Shown here piece by piece: positions 19,225 through 29,155 of a stretch of 64,000 nt of DNA. How positions within the stretch are numbered: the stretch's first letter is position 1; each line of letters starts with the position of its first letter. A program made the position numbers and the translations under genes. The DNA lies in assembly GCA_043745805.1 (NCBI GenBank), contig JAYTSD010000004.1:160001-224000 (forward strand), written 5' to 3'. The notes under the pieces were generated by a model. The model made no database searches. It worked only from the letters and a program-made list of their open reading frames with translations, and was not told where the DNA came from. Source of the stretch: Fibrobacteria bacterium. Lineage in GTDB: Bacteria > Fibrobacterota > Fibrobacteria > UBA11236.

Positions 19225-20392
19225 TATAGTAAGGATTAATTAGTTGAGCTATATAAATTCGATTTCCAGACAAATTAATTACATGCTGGTAATTACCTTT
19301 AACTCCATTGGTTACATAGGCAGTTCTTCCTGTAAGATCAGTTATTTTGAGCTGATAATTGGCTTCTGTATAACCAAAAATACGAGTTTGACCACCACTT
19401 AATCCAAGTACCTGAATGTTTGAAAAAACCGATTTCATTTTTGGATCTATGCCAACAGATGGACAAGCTCCATTTGCAACCATTTTGGCCACTTCAGCAT
19501 CCCATTCTGGATAACTCGCAAGTGGGTTTCCATCAGCCCCTAAATTTCGAACTAAAACTCTTTTATATTGATTTGGTGCACCCTTCCAGAGACCAGCGCC
19601 AGTATGAACCTGAAGAGAGAAATAACCATCGGGCTTATTCTCAATAGGAACATCCGCATAATCTATCATTGCATATCCATTTATATAAGTCCTAATCTTT
19701 ACGGGCTCATTATTAAAGATTTGTGCATGTAACCAATTAAATCCCTTAGTATTCCAAATTCTCGGATACCACTCCGACATTTGGGCGCCAGGTGCAGCAA
19801 CCCATGGAGTAGCCTTTGTTGCGATCCAAGGAGCAGAATTAGAAGTAATTGTACTGTCGTTTGTAAAATCAAATGGTTTGTAGGATTGGGAAAGACCCGA
19901 ACGATTTGGCAAGCCTTCGGCCCAGAATCCGCCAACAGTTTTTCCACCTAGATAGTCAATAACCATTTGCCAAGAGTTACCCATTTGGTCCGAGTGCATA
20001 AATAACCCACCATCGTTTCCATAAGATGGCTTGGCAAATATTTTAATTTCCGCATTGGAATATTTATGTTTTGTATGTAATAGTCCACCAACACCACCTA
20101 CTTGCTTTGAAATAAGAACTGTATCGCCTTGAATGTCCCAAGTAGCTGCACCACCGTGATTTGTGTTCGCAGGTTTAAAGAAATATTTATCTAGTGAAGC
20201 CTGTGTTCCATTAAATAAAAGATACCAACCTTTATTTCCAGAAGGATCCTTAGCTGTGAGCGGATCATTTGCATCAATTTTACAATAAGGGACACCTAAT
20301 CCAGGATCTATACCAGGGACTAAATCAAGAGCAAATACTGCTGTTCCCAAAACAAAGCTTAAGAGTGCTGTTTTAATAAATACCAAATTCAT
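19181..20392 (-). CDS. Secreted DUF1080 (3-keto-disaccharide hydrolase-like) protein with a C-terminal T9SS-like sorting domain
   Basis: Signal peptide; GWYLLFNG, GLLHTKHKYSN, GNDGGLFMH, GFNW, GYFSLQVH, YKRVLVRNL; C-terminal LKITDLTGR..IYIAQL..TSKIV. Confidence 0.75.
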   Translation of the reverse strand: MNLVFIKTALLSFVLGTAVFALDLVPGIDPGLGVPYCKIDANDPLTAKDPSGNKGWYLLFNGTQASLDKYFFKPANTNHGGAATWDIQGDTVLISKQVGGVGGLLHTKHKYSNAEIKIFAKPSYGNDGGLFMHSDQMGNSWQMVIDYLGGKTVGGFWAEGLPNRSGLSQSYKPFDFTNDSTITSNSAPWIATKATPWVAAPGAQMSEWYPRIWNTKGFNWLHAQIFNNEPVKIRTYINGYAMIDYADVPIENKPDGYFSLQVHTGAGLWKGAPNQYKRVLVRNLGADGNPLASYPEWDAEVAKMVANGACPSVGIDPKMKSVFSNIQVLGLSGGQTRIFGYTEANYQLKITDLTGRTAYVTNGVKGNYQHVINLSGNRIYIAQLINPYYTVTSKIVPLQLLVK

Positions 20393-20630
20393 ATTATTCC
20401 TTCCATACGGATTTTAACTAATCCGTGGCGCGCGGATTTATTCTACAACGTAAAAATAAGCGGCGAATCTCAGTTGTCAAGCCATATCTCACAATAAAAT
20501 AGCCAGTTAATGGATCGCCGATATTCTATCGATGTTTTATATCCCTAAAGATATTCATTTATACTTTTCAGAAAAATTTCGCATTATTTGAAGCCTTGCT
20601 TATGCAGTATAACTTATTAATTTGCCTCAA

Positions 20631-23009
20631 ATGATATGTTGCTCTTCAAAAAATCGAAAATGGACAATACAACTTTCCCTCCTAAGCCTTCTGGTGCTTG
20701 GCTGTACATCAAAATCCGTAGATCCCACAACCTCGCAAATACAGGCAATGGAAGGAGGATTTTGGGGCATAATTAATTCTTCATTATCCCAAGAACAAAA
20801 TACTGTAAGTGCTTTTTTTGATGCTACTATCGCAAACCGACACTCTCCAAAATCCACAGTAACACTTGCGATACGGTATCCTTTTAATCATTCCATTTTT
20901 CCACCTGAATTTATTCCTCCCGATTTTTTTTGGTCGGATTCCTTATCCCCTTCGGATTTATGGATAATTGAAGCGCAGTCAAATCAGAATAAGATTTTTA
21001 GAACTTTAACCTCAAGCCCACCTATTACTTTTCCAGTCATAGATTCTCTCGCCATTCCGCAAAATTCAAAAATGGAAATTCCTGATCCAAATCGATATCA
21101 CCATTGGACACCTACGATGGCTGTTTGGGAAAAACTAAAAACGTTAACGCCATCAAATTCAGAAATCAGCTTGACCATTTTTGGAATTAACAAAAATAAA
21201 CCTAAAGAAATTTTATCCCAAGCTAATGTAACCTTCATGTTTTCCAAAGATTCAGTAATTGCCCCTATCTTTTATCGCGATGTGCCGATTATGCCGGCAA
21301 AAAATGAAAGTGGACGAGTACAGCCCTTGCCCCAATCTGCACAGCGATTGGTTAGCTGGAGCCTTCGTAATGTCGGCTTAACCGAAAGCAAAACTATTAT
21401 TAAAACCCTACCGACTTGTGCAAATTGTCACTCTTTTTCTCAAGATGGTAAATCTATTGGTTTAGATATGGATGGACCACAATCAGATAAAGGCACATAT
21501 GGAATTGCACAGTTAGAGCCAGAAACAGATATTAAGTTTAAAGATGTTTTTAGTTGGAATTATGATTTTAAACAAAAAGCGAAAGACAAAAAAACTATTG
21601 GATTTCTTTCCCGCCTTTCTCCCGACGGAAATTATGTTGTAAGCACCGTTAATGAAGAAGTTTATATTCAAAATTTTATGAACAATAAATATATCCAAGT
21701 ATTTTTTCCCACGAGAGGTATACTGGCAGTTTACTCCAAAACGTCGCACAATATTCAAAAATTACCTGGAACCGACGACACAGCATTTGTGCATTGTGAT
21801 CCTGTTTGGAGTCCAGATGGGAAATTTATTGTATTCGCGAGAGCTAAGGCCAAAGCGCCGTATTCACTAGGGCAAAAAGAAGCGCGTTTTCCAAATGATA
21901 CTAATGAAACACAAATTAAATATGACTTATATCGAATACCCTTCAATGATGGAAAAGGCGGAAAACCCGTGCCGATTCTTGGAGCAAGCGAGAATGGATT
22001 GAGTAATAATTTTCCCAAGGTAACACCTGATGGAAAATTTATTGTGTTTGTGAAGTGTAAGAATGGACAATTATTAAGGCCCGACAGTAGGTTGTGGATA
22101 GTACCCGTTACAGGTGGGATAGCAAGGGAAATGAATTGCAATACCTCGGAAATGAATTCATGGCATAGCGTTTCCCCCAATGGGCGCTGGATGGTTTTCT
22201 CCTCTAAATATTTTTCATTTTATACGCAAATGTTTTTAACCCATATCGATGAAAATGGCATGGATACGCCGCCGATTCTAATTCCAAATGCTACAGCAGC
22301 TAATCGTGCAGTAAATTTACCAGAATTCGTAAATATCCCTTACGATCGACTGAATCATATTACTGCCTCTGCCGTTGCCCCGATGCAGTATATGCAGGAT
22401 GTTAGGGACTTACTATCCCAAGGTGATGGAGAAGGCGCCCTAAAGAGAATGCAAAGTGCATTAGCATTGGAAAAGCGAGATTTGAAATTTCGCTCCGAAG
22501 CACAGATGTTACTGGGATGGATTTATAAGTCAACGGATTCAGGAATTGTGTGGTGTCGCCAAGCCATTCAAACCGATCCTAAAAATGCATTAGCTCATTT
22601 TAATTTAGGGGGATTCTATGAACAGAAGGGTAATATTCGGGAATCCTTAAAATATTACACGCTGGCAGTGGAATTAGATCCTCAAAACTCTTGGGCTTTA
22701 ATGAAATTATCCAAGTTTTATATGAAATCGGAAGATCCTAAGATAAAAAATATTTCCAAAGGAATTGCATTTGCAGAAAAATCCAATCAAACATCCCATT
22801 TTCGTGAACCGTCATTAATAAAATCTTTAGCGCGTGCCTATTCTGATGTAAAGCGCTTCAAAGAAGCAATAGATATGGCACAAATGGCTTTAGAGTTAGC
22901 TAGGGAACAGTCTTTATCGCAAGAAATTTCTGAATTGGAATCCGAACTCCCCTATTATCAACATGGAGTTTCATTTACAGAAGCGGTGAAACAAAGTAGG
23001 AACCAATAA
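20631..23009 (+). CDS. Putative lipoprotein with PD40/TolB-like beta-propeller, one CxxCH motif and C-terminal TPRs
   Basis: Lipobox LVLGC; CANCH; repeats LSPDGNY, WSPDGKF, VTPDGKF, VSPNGRW; TPRs such as DPKNALAHFNLG. Confidence 0.8.
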   Translation: MICCSSKNRKWTIQLSLLSLLVLGCTSKSVDPTTSQIQAMEGGFWGIINSSLSQEQNTVSAFFDATIANRHSPKSTVTLAIRYPFNHSIFPPEFIPPDFFWSDSLSPSDLWIIEAQSNQNKIFRTLTSSPPITFPVIDSLAIPQNSKMEIPDPNRYHHWTPTMAVWEKLKTLTPSNSEISLTIFGINKNKPKEILSQANVTFMFSKDSVIAPIFYRDVPIMPAKNESGRVQPLPQSAQRLVSWSLRNVGLTESKTIIKTLPTCANCHSFSQDGKSIGLDMDGPQSDKGTYGIAQLEPETDIKFKDVFSWNYDFKQKAKDKKTIGFLSRLSPDGNYVVSTVNEEVYIQNFMNNKYIQVFFPTRGILAVYSKTSHNIQKLPGTDDTAFVHCDPVWSPDGKFIVFARAKAKAPYSLGQKEARFPNDTNETQIKYDLYRIPFNDGKGGKPVPILGASENGLSNNFPKVTPDGKFIVFVKCKNGQLLRPDSRLWIVPVTGGIAREMNCNTSEMNSWHSVSPNGRWMVFSSKYFSFYTQMFLTHIDENGMDTPPILIPNATAANRAVNLPEFVNIPYDRLNHITASAVAPMQYMQDVRDLLSQGDGEGALKRMQSALALEKRDLKFRSEAQMLLGWIYKSTDSGIVWCRQAIQTDPKNALAHFNLGGFYEQKGNIRESLKYYTLAVELDPQNSWALMKLSKFYMKSEDPKIKNISKGIAFAEKSNQTSHFREPSLIKSLARAYSDVKRFKEAIDMAQMALELAREQSLSQEISELESELPYYQHGVSFTEAVKQSRNQ

Positions 23010-24203
23010 CTACCCCAAAGGCAATACCCTACCCCGCGAAATCGCTGCCTCCCCAAACTTGTCCCGCACCGCGTCCATAGCCTTATCCAGCTTAGCCTCA
23101 GTGTTAGGTACCGCCAATAAAGACAATTGCGTATCTTCCTGTTGAAACTGGCTGAGTCGAACCCCTATCAAACGAAATTTTGCTGCAGAGTTACGCGATT
23201 TTTTTTCACTAATTTCTTTAAATAATTCAGCAAGTATGCGAAATATTTCTTGGCTATTGTGAGTCGGTTCAGCTAAAGTTTTGGAACGCGAATGGCGAGA
23301 AAAGTTACTGTCACGCCAAACAAAAGATAAAGTTTTTCCGGCTAAGCCTTCCTTACGTGCCCTGCGTGATACCCTATCACAAAGTTCCAATAAATATCTT
23401 CGTAAAGCTTCTACCTCAGCAATATCTTTTTCAAAAGTCATTTCATGGGAAATACTTTTTTCACTTCTGTCCAAGTCTACTTCACGGTTATCTATACCAT
23501 TACAAAGCGCAAGCATATGTTCCGCAAAGGCTTCACCAAAATGCGCTTTTATTCCCGAAGGTGGCGTAATACGTAATTGTTTAATAAAATAAAAACCCAT
23601 TTGATGTAATTCGGCTTGAGTCTTTTTCCCTACTCCCCACAGCTTTCCAACCGAAAGGGGATCCAAAATACTTTGTACTTGATCGGGTTCCAGAATCGTT
23701 AATCCATCGGGTTTTTCTAAATCGGAAGCGAGCTTTGCTAAAAATTTATTCGCTGCAATGCCAACAGAAGCTGTCAACCCAACTTGTTGGCGAATATAGG
23801 TTTTCATTTTTTCTGCTGCTTGGCGCGGAGAACCAAAATAGGTTTCAGTTCCTGTCATATCCAGAAAAGCTTCGTCGATAGAAATTTGTTCCACCATGGG
23901 CGAAAATTCGGATAAACAATTCATTAAGCGACGAGAATATTCGCTGTATAATTTATGTTGGCCATTAACATAAATTCCGTGGGGACATTTTACTCGTGCT
24001 TCACGAATCGGCATGGCAGCATGAATGCCATAAACTCTGGCCGCATAGCTAGCCGAAGAAACTACGCCTCGGCCACTGTCCACACCGCCTACTATTAATG
24101 GTTTGCCGCGATATTCAGGATGTTCTAATTCTTCCACCGAGGCAAAAAAAGCATCCATATCCACATGGAAAATTAAAGTGTCAAATACCTTGTTACGACT
24201 CAT
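23010..24203 (-). CDS. dinB: DNA polymerase IV
   Basis: HVDMDAFFASVE, ASYAARVYGI, SIDEAFLD, KFLAKLASDLEKPDG, LWGVG, RLIGV. Confidence 0.96.
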   Translation of the reverse strand: MSRNKVFDTLIFHVDMDAFFASVEELEHPEYRGKPLIVGGVDSGRGVVSSASYAARVYGIHAAMPIREARVKCPHGIYVNGQHKLYSEYSRRLMNCLSEFSPMVEQISIDEAFLDMTGTETYFGSPRQAAEKMKTYIRQQVGLTASVGIAANKFLAKLASDLEKPDGLTILEPDQVQSILDPLSVGKLWGVGKKTQAELHQMGFYFIKQLRITPPSGIKAHFGEAFAEHMLALCNGIDNREVDLDRSEKSISHEMTFEKDIAEVEALRRYLLELCDRVSRRARKEGLAGKTLSFVWRDSNFSRHSRSKTLAEPTHNSQEIFRILAELFKEISEKKSRNSAAKFRLIGVRLSQFQQEDTQLSLLAVPNTEAKLDKAMDAVRDKFGEAAISRGRVLPLG

Positions 24204-24388
24204 GCAGTTAATTTAAATACAAATTCTACAACACCCGAAGTCTGTACTTTTTTATTTATCATCACAAAAATTAGACAAAAATTGGATCGACAAAAACTCA
24301 AATCACCGTTTAATTTAAAGCTTGAAATACAGGCTAGCGAGTGAAAAATCACCACACCTAATGGCTAAAAATTTTAACTTTCCCCGTA

Positions 24389-25153
24389 ATGAAACTTTTT
24401 GCTTTATCAGATTTGCACTTGTCTTTTGATGTGCCCAATAAAAAAATGGATCGCTTCGGAGATATTTGGATTAATCACCCTGAAAAAATCAAAAAAAAAT
24501 GGATGGAAATAGTAGGACCCAAAGATGTGGTCGCCGTAACAGGTGATATTAGTTGGTCGAAAACTTTTACTTCCGCATTAGTGGATTTGTTTTGGATGGA
24601 TGAATTGCCAGGACAAAAAGTTATCCTTAAAGGCAACCATGATTTATGGTGGCCTACAAATTCGCAATTAGAAAAAGATTTACCGCCTTCCATAAAATTT
24701 GTACAAAATAATCATGTGCAAATAGGTCCCTATTTATTTTTTGGCACCAGACTTTGGGATACCGAAGAATATTCCATCTTTGATTTGATAGAATGGGATC
24801 CTAAAAAAGGCCCGATTCCCGGATTTAAAAAAGAATCGGACTTGCAGGCACAGCAAAATCTTTATGAACGGGAACTTGCACGCTTAAAACTGTCTATCGA
24901 TTCTATCCCTTCACAAAAAAAAGGTTTACGTATAGGTTTAACCCATTATCCCCCGCTAGACCAATATTTAAAGCCTTCAAAGGCTTCAAATATGTTACAA
25001 GCTGCAAGCGCAGAACATGTGATTTTTGGTCATTTGCATTCGGTTCGCAAAGATGCAGAGTCGGTTTTTGGAAGTGATGGGAAAACCCATTTTCATCTCG
25101 CGTCATGTGACTACTTAGATTTTACTCCAAAATTTATTTGTGAAGCGCCTTAA
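24389..25153 (+). CDS. Calcineurin-like metallophosphoesterase
   Basis: LSDLHL, GDISW, KGNHDLWW, HYPP, FGHLH. Confidence 0.88.
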   Translation: MKLFALSDLHLSFDVPNKKMDRFGDIWINHPEKIKKKWMEIVGPKDVVAVTGDISWSKTFTSALVDLFWMDELPGQKVILKGNHDLWWPTNSQLEKDLPPSIKFVQNNHVQIGPYLFFGTRLWDTEEYSIFDLIEWDPKKGPIPGFKKESDLQAQQNLYERELARLKLSIDSIPSQKKGLRIGLTHYPPLDQYLKPSKASNMLQAASAEHVIFGHLHSVRKDAESVFGSDGKTHFHLASCDYLDFTPKFICEAP

Positions 25154-26327
25154 CAGAAGTTAGTCGTACTAAAAAATCGGCGGCAATTTCATCGAGATAT
25201 AACCAGCCTTCTCCTTGTAAATTAACCGCATGATCCTCCGTATGCAAAAGCCCAACACTATTCCATTTATGGAGAATATTTGCAGGAATTTGTTTTCCAA
25301 AGTTTGATTCCAATTTCATTAAATCGAGTCCACTCGCTTGTCGCAAAGATAAGGATACAAATTCGCTTAAACAATTATCTTGCGTTAAAATTTCACTTTC
25401 GCAAGTCGCGGCATTAAAATTATCGTCTCCCCAAGCGAGGTAACCTTCGAATGATCTTGGAGAAATTATGCGTTCCCCCTTAAATAAACCATGTGCACCC
25501 GGCCCAAAGGCAATATACTCTGCACCATTCCAATAGCCACAATTATGTTTTGATACGCGATTTTCTCGACAGAAATTTGAGACTTCATAACGATGATATC
25601 CCCTATCTTCTAAATATTTTACGCCAAGTGAATACATTTCATTATAAATTTCATCTTCACTGGTGAGTTTTAAACCTGCTTGAGTTTGCTTATCAAATTC
25701 AGTTCCTCCTTCTATGGTCAATCCATAAAAAGAAACATGATCGGGATAGTAACCTAGCAGTATCTCCAGATTTTTTAAAAATCCGCTAACCGTTTGACCC
25801 GCTAAACCAAAAATCAAATCACCGCTAAATTGAAATCTTCCATCGCTAGATACCTGTCGCAGCGCCTCTTGTGCGGATTCAGGAGTATGCACACGGCCTA
25901 AGGTTTTTAATTCATGGGCATGAAAGGATTGCACGCCTAAACTCAAACGATTAAATCCTAAATGATGGAATAGATCCAGTTTTTCTTTGGTGAGGCTGCT
26001 TGGATTACATTCTATACTGCGTTCCGTAATTTGTGAAAAATCAAATCTTTCGGTAAGCCTTTGTACTATACGCTCCATAAATTCAGATGCCAATAAAGAA
26101 GGTGTTCCTCCTCCAAAAAAAAGGGTACTAATAGGACGTGAACTATAAGCTTTGTGATCTATTTCACGTAATAATACTTCGGTCCATTGACGCTGACGAA
26201 TCGCGGGTAATTCCCAACTCGCAAAATCACAATAATGGCATTTTTTCTCGCAAAATGGGACATGCACATAAAGCTGTAAGGGCTTTGCAATAGAATCGAT
26301 TTTGGAGCTGGAGTCCTTATTAATCAT
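25134..26327 (-). CDS. hemW: Radical SAM heme chaperone HemW (HemN-like)
   Basis: YVHVPFCEKKCHYCDF, GGGTPS, NRLSLGVQSF, YEVSNF, HNCGYW; likely start ATG 26327 after GGAG. Confidence 0.88.
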   Translation of the reverse strand: MINKDSSSKIDSIAKPLQLYVHVPFCEKKCHYCDFASWELPAIRQRQWTEVLLREIDHKAYSSRPISTLFFGGGTPSLLASEFMERIVQRLTERFDFSQITERSIECNPSSLTKEKLDLFHHLGFNRLSLGVQSFHAHELKTLGRVHTPESAQEALRQVSSDGRFQFSGDLIFGLAGQTVSGFLKNLEILLGYYPDHVSFYGLTIEGGTEFDKQTQAGLKLTSEDEIYNEMYSLGVKYLEDRGYHRYEVSNFCRENRVSKHNCGYWNGAEYIAFGPGAHGLFKGERIISPRSFEGYLAWGDDNFNAATCESEILTQDNCLSEFVSLSLRQASGLDLMKLESNFGKQIPANILHKWNSVGLLHTEDHAVNLQGEGWLYLDEIAADFLVRLTSVKALHK

Positions 26328-26367
26328 CGACTCCAAAGTAGAAATATGAATAGCGGGAATTAGCATT

Positions 26368-26403
26368 AAAAAAATAAGGAGCTTTTTTTGCCCCTTATTT
26401 TTT
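26368..26403 (-). terminator. Intrinsic terminator after ftsZ
   Basis: Minus strand AATAAGGGGC-AAAAAAA-GCTCCTTATT-TTTTT. Confidence 0.75.
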
Positions 26404-27782
26404 TAATCCATTTGATTACGTAAAAATGCCGGTGTTTCGTAATCTACATCGGGATCATATTCTTTATGTTGGCCTTTATTGCCGTACAAAGAAATATTTT
26501 TGCGAGTAATGGGATCATTCTCCACCGCAGAAGGTGTTTCATTTCTAGTGGGTGTAGGAATAGATTTCGTAGCGAAAGGGCTTTTGGACACAGGTAATAT
26601 TACTTCATCCAAAGATTTAGAAGTGCGATCCGGAAAAGGTATCTCCTTAGAGTTTTCTCTAATATTTTCTCTTGGACTTTCTTTAAAATTTTCCATAGTC
26701 CTAGGTTCCATGTACTTGGGCTCTACATATTTAGGCTCAACATACAAAGAGTGCATGGGTTTTTTAGGAATTTCTTGTGCATAAGCAGGCTTGCTAGGAG
26801 ATTGTTTATGCGAATAGGCTCCGCCAAATCCGGTAGCAATAACAGTAATAGAAATTTCTTCTTTCATATCCGGATTAATAACGGTTCCAAATATAATATT
26901 GGTATTATTGTCGGTACCCACCGCTCCATAAATAAAATTCATAGCATCATCAACATCGGCCAAGCCTAAATCTTCACCGCCGGTAATATTGACTAAAACA
27001 CCGGTAGCACCGGAGATACTGATATTATCGAGTAATGGAGAATGAATAGCTCTATCTGCAGCTACCGTAGCACGGTTTTCACCGCTTGCAGTTCCAGTAC
27101 CCATTAAAGCATCGCCACCTTGTGACATAATAGAGCGCACATCGGCAAAATCCACTTGAATATCACCATGCTTTAAAATGATTTCACTAATTCCACGCGT
27201 CGCGGAAGAAAGGACTTCATCGGCCATTTTAAAAGCTTCACGTAAAGACGTTCCTTTATTCACCACTGAAAGTAATTTTTGATTAGGCACTACAATCATG
27301 GTATCCACTGATTTGCGTAATGCATCTAGTCCTGCCACTGCATTTTTTTCACGCACGGGGCCTTCCCAAACGAAGGGACGAGTCACAACGGCCACGGTTA
27401 AAATTCCCATTTCACGAGCGATCTCCGCAACTACTGGCGCAGCACCGGTTCCAGTACCACCACCCATACCTGCAGCGATGAAAAGCATATCTGCGCCTTC
27501 GAGCTGCTTCTTCACACGTTCACGATCTTCTTCCAACGACATCATACCCACATGAGGATTCGCACCCGCACCTAAACCATTAGTAAGCTTTTGACCGATA
27601 GCAATTTTTACATCGGCTTTATTATGCTCTAAAGCAAGGGCATCGGTATTTACCGAAATAAATTCCACACCCTGTAACCCTGAAATTACCATACGATTAA
27701 CAGCATTACCACCCGCGCCACCGACACCGATAACTTTAAGCTTTGCCATTGTTTTTATGGATTCATCAAAACCGAATACCAT
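26403..27782 (-). CDS. ftsZ: Cell division protein FtsZ
   Basis: GVGGAGGNAV, GMGGGTGTG tubulin signature, VDFADV, C-terminal ETPAFLRNQMD. Confidence 0.99.
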   Translation of the reverse strand: MVFGFDESIKTMAKLKVIGVGGAGGNAVNRMVISGLQGVEFISVNTDALALEHNKADVKIAIGQKLTNGLGAGANPHVGMMSLEEDRERVKKQLEGADMLFIAAGMGGGTGTGAAPVVAEIAREMGILTVAVVTRPFVWEGPVREKNAVAGLDALRKSVDTMIVVPNQKLLSVVNKGTSLREAFKMADEVLSSATRGISEIILKHGDIQVDFADVRSIMSQGGDALMGTGTASGENRATVAADRAIHSPLLDNISISGATGVLVNITGGEDLGLADVDDAMNFIYGAVGTDNNTNIIFGTVINPDMKEEISITVIATGFGGAYSHKQSPSKPAYAQEIPKKPMHSLYVEPKYVEPKYMEPRTMENFKESPRENIRENSKEIPFPDRTSKSLDEVILPVSKSPFATKSIPTPTRNETPSAVENDPITRKNISLYGNKGQHKEYDPDVDYETPAFLRNQMD

Positions 27783-27811
27783 AGTGTTCTCCTTGAGCGA
27801 TATTTAAAATT

Positions 27812-29047
27812 TTAAACGTATTGTTTAACCCAATCCGTCATTTTTCTAAGAATGTCTTTAAACTTGTCACCATTTTGATGAAAAACTTGATCTTCATGAT
27901 TTTGTGCCGTACGCATACAACCATATTGCACAAGACCTACGCCTGTAGCATGAACTGGCGTCGCAACGGAATCTACTAAGCCACCAAATCCTTTAGGAAC
28001 TCCGAGCTTAACTGGCATTCCAAATATTTGTTCTGCTAATTCAGTAGCGCCATGCATTAAGGCGCCGCCACCCGTTAATACGATGCCTGCACCGAGCATG
28101 TCGAGATAATGATTTTTTTGCAGCTCGCGTAAAATGAGTGTGAAAATTTCGCGCATACGAGGCTCGATAATAGATGCCAAAACTGCACGACTTACTTCGC
28201 GCTGCTCTCTACCGCCCACACCAGGAACAGGTATATATTCCGAGCTTTCTAAACCAGTACGTAAGCAAGTACCATGATTACGTTTAATTTCTTCGGCGCG
28301 TTCTAAAGGAGTGCGAATACCAATAGCTAAATCATTGGTAACATTTTTTCCGCCCAAACCAATACTTGCGGTGTGACGTACGCTATCTTCAATAAATACA
28401 ATGAGATCCGTTGTCCCGCCACCCATATCAATAACCGCTGTACCTAATTCGCGTTCATCATCTTCTAAAACTGAATACGAAGACGCTAAGGGCTCAAGCA
28501 CAATATCGGCAACTTTTAGTCCGGCCTTTTCCACGCTCTTATAAATATTCTGCGCCGAAGTTATAGCGCCAGTAACAATATGTACATCGCCTTCTAAACG
28601 AACGCCGGACATCCCTACGGGATCTTTTATACCCGGTTGATCGTCCACAATAAATTCTTGGGGAATTACATGTAACATTTCGCGATCCATAGGAATCGCT
28701 ACCGCTCTTGCAGCTTCAATTACACGAGCTACATCTTGTTTGGTGATTTCATTGTCTGTACGCGAGACTGCGATAACGCCGCGGCTATTGATAGAACGAA
28801 TGTGATCTCCCGCAATACCAACATAAACTTCAACGACATCAACGCCAGCCATAAGCTCAGCTTCTTCAACTGCGCGATGAATGGACTTGACAGTTTTTTC
28901 GATGTTAACAACAACACCTTTTCGAAGGCCTTCGCTGGGACTTGTACCCACGCCGACAATTTTGAGGTTGTGATTCGCATCAACTTCCCCAATGATAACT
29001 CCGATTTTTGTTGTGCCGATATCTAATCCGACAATGGGGTTTGACAT
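27812..29047 (-). CDS. ftsA: Cell division protein FtsA
   Basis: GLDIGTTK, DMGGGTTD, VLTGGGA; start ATG 29047. Confidence 0.98.
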   Translation of the reverse strand: MSNPIVGLDIGTTKIGVIIGEVDANHNLKIVGVGTSPSEGLRKGVVVNIEKTVKSIHRAVEEAELMAGVDVVEVYVGIAGDHIRSINSRGVIAVSRTDNEITKQDVARVIEAARAVAIPMDREMLHVIPQEFIVDDQPGIKDPVGMSGVRLEGDVHIVTGAITSAQNIYKSVEKAGLKVADIVLEPLASSYSVLEDDERELGTAVIDMGGGTTDLIVFIEDSVRHTASIGLGGKNVTNDLAIGIRTPLERAEEIKRNHGTCLRTGLESSEYIPVPGVGGREQREVSRAVLASIIEPRMREIFTLILRELQKNHYLDMLGAGIVLTGGGALMHGATELAEQIFGMPVKLGVPKGFGGLVDSVATPVHATGVGLVQYGCMRTAQNHEDQVFHQNGDKFKDILRKMTDWVKQYV

Positions 29048-29155
29048 GGGATCTCCTTTGCACATAATAATAATTTTTTGTATGACATACTAGATATTAT
29101 TAATTGTTTTCTAAAAAACTTGTTACTTCGTGTTAGGCTATAAAAAAATATTTTT

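Noticed and set aside
14531-23009. Mobile element or prophage origin for the AT-rich block
   Set aside because: No integrase, transposase, phage genes or flanking direct repeats were seen
23010-24388. SOS mutagenesis cassette or LexA box at dinB
   Set aside because: No imuA, imuB, dnaE2 or lexA neighbours and no recognisable SOS palindrome upstream
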